Made by a program: the position numbers and the translations under genes. A stretch of 58,942 bases of DNA from a virus (lineage: Duplodnaviria; Caudoviricetes): positions 1 to 58,942 of the IMG/VR virus record IMGVR_UViG_3300037722_000252. One strand, written 5' to 3'. The stretch's first letter is position 1, and each line of letters opens with the position of its first letter. Below, piece after piece: positions 50,304 to 57,917 of the stretch. The notes under the pieces are model-generated. The model did no database searches. It was given only the letters and a program-made list of their open reading frames with translations, and was not told the DNA's origin.

Positions 50304-50690
50304 ATGACGATCCAGACCCCCACACTCGACAGCCTGATCGCTGGCCACGATGTATCGGACAGCCGCATGGAGACGCTCTCCATCGCGATGGAACTCGGCG
50401 CCGACGAAGTGACGCTCGCCACGTTGCGCGACGCCCTTCGCCTCAGCCGCGGCACCACGATCGTGCTCCCGGCCCACCGGTACGAGAGCCTCAGCCGTGG
50501 TCGGGGCTGGGCCAGGATGGGGCGCGGCGACAACGCCATATGGGGTGAGCGCACAGACTCCGGTGACTACCGCGTCGGCCCCGGTCGATGGTCCGTGGGC
50601 GGCTCGGACGGCTACCGGCGCAAGGACTCGACGGAGTGGACTGTGCGTCATGTGGCCGTGGGCACGCAGGCGTGGACGATCGCGGACTAA
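50304..50690 (+). CDS. Cassette gene 1, hypothetical (128 aa)
   Basis: RBS; Trp/Gly-rich beta C-terminus. Confidence 0.75.
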   Translation: MTIQTPTLDSLIAGHDVSDSRMETLSIAMELGADEVTLATLRDALRLSRGTTIVLPAHRYESLSRGRGWARMGRGDNAIWGERTDSGDYRVGPGRWSVGGSDGYRRKDSTEWTVRHVAVGTQAWTIAD

Positions 50691-50691
50691 C

Positions 50692-50765
50692 GGCGAAACG
50701 GGGCTCCGGCCCCGTCCCGGAACCGGGAGCCCGGCCCGCCCGACCGGCTGAATGAGCCAGGGCCG
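50692..50765 (+). ncRNA. Type II hammerhead ribozyme candidate with variant core CUGAAUGA
   Basis: GGC-GAAAC-GGGGC-uccg-GCCCC-GUC-CCGG...CCGG-CUGAAUGA-GCC; pseudoknot CGGCCC (50732-37) with GGGCCG (50760-65). Confidence 0.7.
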
Positions 50766-50783
50766 ACCAACGGAGACACGACC

Positions 50784-51395
50784 ATGACGACGTACACAGC
50801 GAGACTCATCGACACGGGAGCGCAGACCGCCGAGAAGCCCTGGGGCATGTATGCCGCCCGGGCTGGCCGCGAGTGGCTGGACGGAGCCTTCGGCTCGCAG
50901 GCCGAGGCCGAGGCCGAGGCCGGGCGACGACAGGCGGCGGCGGCCAAGCCCCCGACCCGCACGATCACGCTGACCGACCGCCCGCCGGTCCGCATCCGTG
51001 AGGACGAGTGGCCCATGATCGCCCAGGGTTCCGGCGACAGCTACGCCGGCAACGACTACGGCAAACACCAGCAGGCTCTGGCCCGCGGCGAGGTCGATGA
51101 GTACACGCTCCGCGCGCGTCAGCACGCCGACGGCCGCGTGATCGTCTACGCTGTGCTCGTCGGCGCGTCGGCGTGGACGGGCAGTGAGGACCGCCGGGAG
51201 GGCGAGTTGCTCGGTGTCCCGCGCCCAGGCGCGAACGACGCTGCCGGGTGGGACGCCTACCGTCAGGCGGGCGGCGAGCGCCATGTCTCGGGCGCGACCG
51301 TGGCCGCCACGATCCGCGAGGTCGGCGAGCGGTGCGGCCTGCCAGACTCCGTGATCCGCGAGTGCATCGCGGACCTGCCGGCCGAAGAGGTCTAG
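50784..51395 (+). CDS. Cassette gene 2, hypothetical (203 aa)
   Basis: GGAG RBS; RTITLTDRPPVRIREDEWP...RQHADGRVIVY...ECIADLPAEEV. Confidence 0.8.
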   Translation: MTTYTARLIDTGAQTAEKPWGMYAARAGREWLDGAFGSQAEAEAEAGRRQAAAAKPPTRTITLTDRPPVRIREDEWPMIAQGSGDSYAGNDYGKHQQALARGEVDEYTLRARQHADGRVIVYAVLVGASAWTGSEDRREGELLGVPRPGANDAAGWDAYRQAGGERHVSGATVAATIREVGERCGLPDSVIRECIADLPAEEV

Positions 51396-51399
51396 GCCA

Positions 51400-51458
51400 G
51401 GTGAGGGACGGGGGCCGCGCGGCCCCCGGTAAACCGCACGGCCGGTCCCAAGCCCGGC
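51400..51458 (+). ncRNA. Circularly permuted (P5-type) twister ribozyme
   Basis: GGU-GAGGG-[8-bp P1 hairpin]-UAA-ACC-GC-ACG-GCCGG-UCCCAAGC-CCGGC; conserved twister elements and both pseudoknots are present. Confidence 0.85.
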
Positions 51459-51478
51459 CACCACCACAGGGATATCGG

Positions 51479-51721
51479 ATGACGACGACCGCCGGCTACA
51501 TGGCGCGCGCGCTGGCTCGGGGCGAGTCACTCCCCGAGCCAGTAGCGCTGCGTCCCGAGGACATCCGCGAGTGGCGCATCGCCGAGAGCCTGACGCAAGT
51601 CCAGGCCGCGAAGATCGCAGGCGTCGGCGCGCGCGCATGGCAGCGCTGGGAGGGCGGCGAGCGCCCGATACCCGAATCGCTGCGAGACGTGCTCGCGCAC
51701 CGCTGGGGGTCCGCTCCGTAG
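51479..51721 (+). CDS. Cassette gene 3, XRE-family HTH protein
   Basis: IREWRIAESLTQVQAAKIAGVGARAWQRWEGGERPIP. Confidence 0.88.
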   Translation: MTTTAGYMARALARGESLPEPVALRPEDIREWRIAESLTQVQAAKIAGVGARAWQRWEGGERPIPESLRDVLAHRWGSAP

Positions 51722-51755
51722 GCGCGAGCAGCACGGCGACGGCGAGGCGGTCCAT
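51722..51755 (-). pseudogene. Displaced original 5' end of the spanin gene (MDRLAVAVLLA)
   Basis: ATG coupled to the upstream stop (TAATG); in frame with the spanin through the 17-bp repeat. Confidence 0.7.
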
Positions 51756-52183
51756 TACCCGTGCACGTCCGGTCGGAGCCAGTGCTGGTGCAGCATCCAG
51801 TGGAGCATGACCGCGGTCATTCCGCCGAGCAGCCATCCCTCCCAGCTCGGCACGTAGGCCGCAACGGTACGAGCCAGCAGGAACGCGATTGGGAGCGCGA
51901 CGATGTCGACGAGCCAATTCCAGCCGGTGCCCGGACGATCGTGCTTCGACAGATGCTTGACGACCCACGTCACGACCGCGGAGAGCGTCCAGCGCCAGTT
52001 CAGCCGGAGCGCGACGAACTCGCAGGGGAAGAACGCGAGCAGCGTCACGAGCGCGAAGCGTGGCCCGTGCGACTCACCGAGCCAGATGTGCGCGAGCCAC
52101 ACGTCGGCGTACCAGATCGTCCAGAGCCAGCCGAACACGAGGTGCGGAGCGTGCTTCGGCACGTAGCGCTCGGCGGTCGTCAT
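51755..52183 (-). CDS. Multi-TM membrane protein (holin candidate)
   Basis: About 4 hydrophobic segments; follows the endolysin. Confidence 0.6.
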   Translation of the reverse strand: MTTAERYVPKHAPHLVFGWLWTIWYADVWLAHIWLGESHGPRFALVTLLAFFPCEFVALRLNWRWTLSAVVTWVVKHLSKHDRPGTGWNWLVDIVALPIAFLLARTVAAYVPSWEGWLLGGMTAVMLHWMLHQHWLRPDVHG

Positions 52184-52698
52184 CCCACCTCCCCATCCCA
52201 ACAGGGATCGATGAATGTGACCCGGTAGCCGCTGTCGAGCTGCCGCGTCCGGACCGCGACCGCGTCGCCGTCGCGCTCGTTCTCGGCCGCCGTGTTGCCC
52301 TCGACGCTCGTGAACAGCGGTGAGCCGACCTTCGGGGGCCGCACCACCATGCCGATGTGGTCCCAGCGAGCGCCGCCGAAGCTGAAAAGCACAAGGAAGC
52401 CCGGACGGACGAGTTCGATCGGCACCTGTTGGGCCTGCAGCAGATCCCAGTAGTCCTGGACGTAGGCCTCGCGACGGACCGCGTCGAGCGGGTTGGCGAC
52501 TCCGAGCTGGTGGGCTGCGGTGTCGAACCCGCTTTGCACCTCCGCCGCGCACCACGGAGCGCCCTCGGGTAGCGGCGGGTCGAGATCGGCGAGCAGCATC
52601 CGGACGAACGTGCCGCGGTTGTTGCCGCCCTCCTCGCCCATGCCGAGCTTCGCGTCGCGGAGCATGCAGCCGAGGGCGGTCAACTCAAGGCCCCTCAC
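52180..52698 (-). CDS. Endolysin, CHAP-family amidase
   Basis: E.GGNNRG, PWCAA, HIGMV, VEGNT. Confidence 0.9.
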   Translation of the reverse strand: MRGLELTALGCMLRDAKLGMGEEGGNNRGTFVRMLLADLDPPLPEGAPWCAAEVQSGFDTAAHQLGVANPLDAVRREAYVQDYWDLLQAQQVPIELVRPGFLVLFSFGGARWDHIGMVVRPPKVGSPLFTSVEGNTAAENERDGDAVAVRTRQLDSGYRVTFIDPCWDGEVG

Positions 52699-52702
52699 CG
52701 TG

Positions 52703-53113
52703 CTACTTGCCCCACGGGATCAGCCCGCGCACCGACTCGAACGGCAACCGATTGCCGGCCACCATCGCGCCGAGGAACGCGGCGAGTTGCACGACCTCGG
52801 AACCGCGCGCGATCCCGCCAAGGAACGCGGCGACACACATCGCGATCCCGATCCAGCCAGTAATCGTGCGCTGCTTGCGATCCACGTCCGATGCGCGGCG
52901 CCCGTACTCGGCTTCCTGCGTCTCGATCTCTGCCATCTCAGCGTCTCCGTTGGAGTTAGCGAGCCGACGTACGATGCCGGCCGCCTTGTTCAGCGCGTTG
53001 ATTGCGTCCTCGATGTCGTCCAAGTCCCGAGGATGTGTCAGCCGACCCTTGAGCAGGCCGAGCGTCGATATCGCTACGTGCAGGTGCCCGTTGAGGTTGT
53101 TCCATACGTTCAC
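52703..53113 (-). CDS. Holin-like 2-TM protein with an N-terminal HisKA(DHp)-like helical hairpin
   Basis: GTGA-coupled start; second in-frame ATG at 52936 with GGAG; two TM segments immediately before the endolysin. Confidence 0.6.
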   Translation of the reverse strand: MNVWNNLNGHLHVAISTLGLLKGRLTHPRDLDDIEDAINALNKAAGIVRRLANSNGDAEMAEIETQEAEYGRRASDVDRKQRTITGWIGIAMCVAAFLGGIARGSEVVQLAAFLGAMVAGNRLPFESVRGLIPWGK

Positions 53114-53628
53114 GCATCCGCGCGCCTCCACGCGGCTCTCCCGAACAGGCCGAACGCAGTGAGACGCGACGCTTGGTAGGCGGCCCACCAGGGCATGAAC
53201 GCGGCGTAGTCGTCGATGCGCGCGACCATCAGAAGGTAGAAAACCGTACCGAATCCGCAGTAGACAAGCATCGGAGCCCACATCCGCGTATCCTTCGCGA
53301 CCACGAGCACAAAGACCGAACCAGCGACGGTGCCCACGATGTCCGGGCCCGCGAAGTCGGCCGTCACCGCCTGGCCGATCGACAAGCCAACGAGCAAGGC
53401 CCCGAGCGAGGGCCGACCGAGTGCCCACAAAACCAACCCGAACTGGGCAGGCGAGAGCGCGTAGTAGACCGCCCACGTCCGCGTGCCCGTCAGGTTGAGC
53501 GCGACGAGGTCGGCGATCGCGGAGAGCGCGAAAGCCGCCGCGATCATCCAGTGCCGGCCGTCCCTCGAACCGAACAGCGCGAGAACAGCCGCGGGCACGA
53601 ATGCGAGCAGGTGGGCAGCAAGCAGCAT
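53110..53628 (-). CDS. Polytopic membrane protein (about 6 TM, 172 aa)
   Basis: Almost wholly hydrophobic; TGATG-coupled. Confidence 0.75.
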   Translation of the reverse strand: MLLAAHLLAFVPAAVLALFGSRDGRHWMIAAAFALSAIADLVALNLTGTRTWAVYYALSPAQFGLVLWALGRPSLGALLVGLSIGQAVTADFAGPDIVGTVAGSVFVLVVAKDTRMWAPMLVYCGFGTVFYLLMVARIDDYAAFMPWWAAYQASRLTAFGLFGRAAWRRADA

Positions 53629-53927
53629 CAGAGGCAGTCCTGCGGCGGCCGGGGCGGGCAGGTGTAGGCCGCGTTGCCGACGTACAGCAGTTCGTCTCCG
53701 CTCCGCACGATGATCCACGCCTCGGGGTTGCCGTCGGCGTCGAGCCCGAGCTTGACGATCAGCCGGGCCTTCACTTCGCGTGCTTTCGCGATCGCGGTGT
53801 CGAGCGCGTCGCGGATTTGCACGAGCAGGATCGGATCGTCGAACCCGTAGGAGTCAGGAACGTACAGCGCGTTCTCTCGGCGCTTGACCGAGGCGCGCAT
53901 CTTCGCCAGTTCGTTGTGGTAGCTCAT
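53628..53927 (-). CDS. Hypothetical protein with C-terminal CPPRPPQDC
   Basis: 99 aa; ATGA-coupled. Confidence 0.7.
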   Translation of the reverse strand: MSYHNELAKMRASVKRRENALYVPDSYGFDDPILLVQIRDALDTAIAKAREVKARLIVKLGLDADGNPEAWIIVRSGDELLYVGNAAYTCPPRPPQDCL

Positions 53928-54283
53928 GGGATCAACCCCTTGGCATAGGTGAGTAGGTGCATCGCAAGGCTCGCGAGCGCGCTGATCGCGACCGCCCACT
54001 TGCCGTACACGGCAAGCCGCCTCTCCTCACGTTCGCCGCCTGGCCGCGCGTCGGCCAGCCTGTCCACCCTCTCCGTGAGCACGTTCACCTTGTCGCCGAC
54101 CGACAGTAGTGTGGCCACCACACCGACCTCGCCGTTGTAACCGCGCAGCGTGCGGTCGCTGCGTTCCACCACCTTTGCCACCTGCCCGAGAGTGGCGGCG
54201 TGATGCTGCACGTCGCTCGCGAGACCGGCGAGCTTCTGCCAGCCCTCCCGGTCGAGGTAGCCGTCACGACGTTCGTCGGGCAT
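53924..54283 (-). CDS. Coiled-coil protein with C-terminal TM (XhlA-like lysis accessory)
   Basis: LRGYNG..G motif, heptads, C-terminal anchor. Confidence 0.6.
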   Translation of the reverse strand: MPDERRDGYLDREGWQKLAGLASDVQHHAATLGQVAKVVERSDRTLRGYNGEVGVVATLLSVGDKVNVLTERVDRLADARPGGEREERRLAVYGKWAVAISALASLAMHLLTYAKGLIP

Positions 54284-54431
54284 CGCCACTGTCCTCGTCC
54301 TCCTGGTCGTCGGTGAACAGCCCAGCCACCTTCGCGCGCGTCGCCTCGACGGCAGCGTGCGCTTTCGAGCACGAGATCAGCGCAGCAGCCACGTCGCGCG
54401 CGGTCGGTGTCGTCCTCAGCTTCTCGGCCAT
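54264..54431 (-). CDS. Hypothetical protein (55 aa)
   Basis: GAGG RBS; MAEKLRTTPTARDV... Confidence 0.45.
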   Translation of the reverse strand: MAEKLRTTPTARDVAAALISCSKAHAAVEATRAKVAGLFTDDQEDEDSGDARRTS

Positions 54432-54522
54432 CGCCTCAGCCACGGCAGTCCTCCACGGTCACGGACATTACTGGACGTGCCCCCGTCCGCCACGCTACCC
54501 TAAGACCAGAACAGGAGGGGGT

Positions 54523-54888
54523 ATGCGCTGGACGGTGGCTTGCTTGGTGGTGCTCGCAGCGTGCGACCTGTTCGGGCCCGAGGTTCTCTTCGTGAACCGG
54601 CGGCCGATGGTACCCGTCCCGAACGTCTACGCGGAGTGGTACGCGGCTACCGAGAGGTGCCTTGTGGTATCCGGAGACTTCGGGGCAGTGCGATGGTTCC
54701 TGGCCGACAGCGTAATCATGGGCAGCACGGCGCAAGCGGGCGTGCTCCGTTTTCCGAACGAGATCACCATGTTCGCGCGCGTCGCACAAGCAGAATGGGC
54801 CGTGCGCCACGAAGCGGCGCACCACATCCTGCAACGCGGTGACGACCTTCACGGCGAGTACGGACGAGTGCCATGTGAGCACGGCTAG
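54523..54888 (+). CDS. Lipoprotein with HExxH metallopeptidase-like motif (moron)
   Basis: AGGAGG RBS; lipobox LAAC; VRHEAAHHIL...H; stop overlaps the tail gene stop (CTAG). Confidence 0.8.
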   Translation: MRWTVACLVVLAACDLFGPEVLFVNRRPMVPVPNVYAEWYAATERCLVVSGDFGAVRWFLADSVIMGSTAQAGVLRFPNEITMFARVAQAEWAVRHEAAHHILQRGDDLHGEYGRVPCEHG

Positions 54889-57800
54889 TCTGTCCCGATC
54901 AGGGCGAGGTGGGACATCTCAAGCGTCAAGTCGTCGGCGGCATCGGAGAACTGCACGGTGATGTCAACGTCCATGTCCGCCGTCGTGTCCTCGGCGAGAT
55001 CGTTGGTCACCAGTAGCACCTGATTCCCGCTCGCGTTCGTGAGTAGGATGTAGCCGCTGACGTGCTGGTCGTTCGTCGCGCCGTCGTTGAAGGCCAGTAT
55101 GGTGAAGTAGGCGATGTTCGCGATCGAGAAATTGAGAGAGACGACTTGGGTGGTGTTGAACCGCACCCGCAGCGTGCGCGATCCTGCCGGGGCGCCCTGC
55201 GCGTCAACCCGCAACTCCAAGCGCAAGCCACCGCTGGAGCCGAGCGTGTTCGCTGGAATCGTGATCGACTCAAGCGTCGTCTCGGCCGTGTCGCCGGTAT
55301 GCGAGCGGTCCGTGGTGTCCTTGTGAAACGGCCCAATGCGGCGCCCCTGCTGCGACGTCACGACAGGCCCGAGGTTACCCGCGGCGTCGGCCCCCCGGAC
55401 CTTCACATAGGCGTCTCTGCCCTGTGTGATCTTCACGCCCGTGCTGATCGTGCCCTGGCGGGTCGAGAGCGAGCCGTCGTTCGCGCCTGACGTGGGGTCC
55501 GATGGCGCGCTCCCATCACCCACCGTCACGTAGATCGCCGCAACGTCTTCGTCGCCCGCCACGCTCACGACAGCTTCGCCGTTCGCGTCGAACGTCACCT
55601 CGGGCGCGAGCGTCAGGAACTTGACGCCGCGCAAGTCGATGCCGCGGTTGGAGCGCGGGAACACGGCTCGCACGTCGGTCACTTCGCCTGCAGTGCCCGA
55701 GACTGCCGACCCGCTCCAGCCCGTGTAGGGCGTCAGCTCGACGGTGACCATCTTGCCGACGCTGAGGTTGGGAATCGTGAAGCCGCCGTCGTCGGCGTCG
55801 TAGTCCGTCTGGCTGCCGAGCGTCGGGTCGGTGTCGCGGTCGTGCACGTCGTAGCGGGTCCGCATCCCGAGCGTAGCCGCTGGCACGTCCCATGTTACCA
55901 CACCGTCATAGGCGACGATGTCGACGCGGGCCGAGTTGATCCGGGCGCGCGTCGAGAGCGCCACGTCGTCGGTCGCGTAGGCGGACCGGATTCGGTTCGG
56001 TGCGGTCGAATAGCCTCGACAATATGCGGTGCCGGTGCTCGCGTTCAGCCGGAAGCTGATCGTGCTGTTGGGTATGCCCGACCGGATGAAGTCGTACGCG
56101 CTCGGCGACGACGCGGCGGCTGTGCACTCTACGGTCGCCGTCGCACCCGCCAGCACGTCGGTGACAGTGACGTTCACGAGGTCTTCCTCGGTCACGTCCT
56201 GTGCGATGCTGAGCGTCGGGGCAGCGAGCGGCGCTGAGCCCGGCCCGAGATCGAGGTAGCCGAACACGACCGAAGTGAGCGTGAATTCGCGGAACCCCGT
56301 CAGCAGCGCGACCCTGTCGCCGGTGCGGTCGCCGGTCGCGACGTTGTACCCCTGCACCGTGTCGTGGTCGATGACCACGTAATCGCCGACTTCGACCCCG
56401 GCGTTGTCCGGCACCTTGATCTCGCCGAGCTGGGCACCGTCGCCGAACACGTCGAACAGCTCGAGCGCCACTTCTTTGATGATGCGGTCGACTTCTCCAG
56501 ACCATCGGGCCGGGCGGTCGAGGATCAGCACCGTGTCTATGGTCTGCCGCTTGTCGCCGAGCGTGGCCACGTTGTCGTTCGGTACGTTCACTGGCACTAC
56601 GACGAGTTCGTAATCGTCAGCCGGCCGGTCGTCGACGTGGATCGCGACGTTGCCGATCTTGCGAGCCGCCCGGCAGCGATACTCGACGAAGGTCACGAGC
56701 TCGGACGACGTGTGCTGCCACGAGTAGTCGCTCGCGTTGCCCGCAGTCAGCACCGTGAGTGTGCCAGGGTCGATGTTCTGCGGGAGCCGGAGTTCTTTCG
56801 GCCGCAGGTTGAGGTCCGTGCCCACGAGCGGAGCGCACCCGAACGCGCGGTAGATGTTCTCCGAGGCCCACGCGCTGCGCTCGGCGGATTCGGTGATGCG
56901 CGCCCATACGGGCCGGAGCGGCAACGCCTGGAACGCGGTCATCGCCGTAGCGTCGTAGCGCACAGCTTGGCCGCCGTAGTCGCCGTCTAAGACAGCCTGT
57001 AGCAGCACGCCCGGATGCACGCCGTTCGCGCCGCCGATATGGAGCGGCACGTTCGGGCCAAGTCGCACACCGCCCGGCCAGTAGAACCGACCCGAGACCG
57101 GGTCATTCACCTGCAGGGTATGGCCGTCGATGTAGACCCACGCGTTCAGGAGCAGGCCGCTACCCTCGGGGCTGAACTCGTCCAGCAATCCGAAGAACGT
57201 CGTGCCCGCGGGCGCGAACCCGAGCCGCTGCCGGAACCCGATGACCGTGTGGTCTTCGCCGGCGTAGCGGAACCGCAGCGCGGTGAAGTTGCCGGCCGAG
57301 TTCGCGGCGGTACCGTCTTGGTCGTTCGGCGCAACGAGATCCGACGCGAGCGCTTCGCGTAGACCGGCGGGTACCTGGCGGATGTCGGCTGGCCCCTTCT
57401 CGTCGTTGGGCCCGATCCTGACCGCGTCGCCACTGATTTCCTTGACGATGTACGTCGCCGTGCCAGCGGCGGCGCCGTCGATCCACGCGCTCGCGAGGCC
57501 GGGAGGATGAAGCTGCACGGTATCGGTGGTCCGAAAGATGTCCGTGCGCCGCTCGGCCCACCGCTCGTCTGACACCTCCAGGCTGACCCTACCGCGTCCG
57601 TCGACTTCCGACGCATGACTGATCCGGCCGACTGCAAGCGAGACGTAGCCGGCGCCGATGTCGCGCTCGATCTCGCACAGTCGCCCCAACTCCGTGAGCC
57701 GCGACCCACTCGGGAACAGTACCGTGTCGACGATGCAGTCCAGCCGGAACGGGAACGACGTGGTCGTGCCCGCGAGCAGTTGCGCGCTCGGCCCGCTGAT

Positions 57801-57917
57801 CGTCGGCACGTCCGCGATGTCGGAGATCGCCAGCGTGAGGTCCGGCGTGCCGATCGTGGTCGCGCCCCTAGCTGCGATGTTGACCTGGTACGTGGCAGTC
57901 GCGGCCGAGACGGTCAT
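54885..57917 (-). CDS. Large tail tip/hub protein with Fn3-like domains (about 1010 aa)
   Basis: Second gene after the TMP; ATGA-coupled start at 57917; beta-rich. Confidence 0.75.
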   Translation of the reverse strand: MTVSAATATYQVNIAARGATTIGTPDLTLAISDIADVPTISGPSAQLLAGTTTSFPFRLDCIVDTVLFPSGSRLTELGRLCEIERDIGAGYVSLAVGRISHASEVDGRGRVSLEVSDERWAERRTDIFRTTDTVQLHPPGLASAWIDGAAAGTATYIVKEISGDAVRIGPNDEKGPADIRQVPAGLREALASDLVAPNDQDGTAANSAGNFTALRFRYAGEDHTVIGFRQRLGFAPAGTTFFGLLDEFSPEGSGLLLNAWVYIDGHTLQVNDPVSGRFYWPGGVRLGPNVPLHIGGANGVHPGVLLQAVLDGDYGGQAVRYDATAMTAFQALPLRPVWARITESAERSAWASENIYRAFGCAPLVGTDLNLRPKELRLPQNIDPGTLTVLTAGNASDYSWQHTSSELVTFVEYRCRAARKIGNVAIHVDDRPADDYELVVVPVNVPNDNVATLGDKRQTIDTVLILDRPARWSGEVDRIIKEVALELFDVFGDGAQLGEIKVPDNAGVEVGDYVVIDHDTVQGYNVATGDRTGDRVALLTGFREFTLTSVVFGYLDLGPGSAPLAAPTLSIAQDVTEEDLVNVTVTDVLAGATATVECTAAASSPSAYDFIRSGIPNSTISFRLNASTGTAYCRGYSTAPNRIRSAYATDDVALSTRARINSARVDIVAYDGVVTWDVPAATLGMRTRYDVHDRDTDPTLGSQTDYDADDGGFTIPNLSVGKMVTVELTPYTGWSGSAVSGTAGEVTDVRAVFPRSNRGIDLRGVKFLTLAPEVTFDANGEAVVSVAGDEDVAAIYVTVGDGSAPSDPTSGANDGSLSTRQGTISTGVKITQGRDAYVKVRGADAAGNLGPVVTSQQGRRIGPFHKDTTDRSHTGDTAETTLESITIPANTLGSSGGLRLELRVDAQGAPAGSRTLRVRFNTTQVVSLNFSIANIAYFTILAFNDGATNDQHVSGYILLTNASGNQVLLVTNDLAEDTTADMDVDITVQFSDAADDLTLEMSHLALIGTD

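Larger units (their letters stand above)
49965..51738 (+). mobile_element. Inserted cassette bounded by the 17-bp direct repeat GCGCGAGCAGCACGGCG (49965-49981, 51722-51738)
   Basis: Exact repeat, same reading frame in both copies; the enclosed genes run on the opposite strand. Confidence 0.8.
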
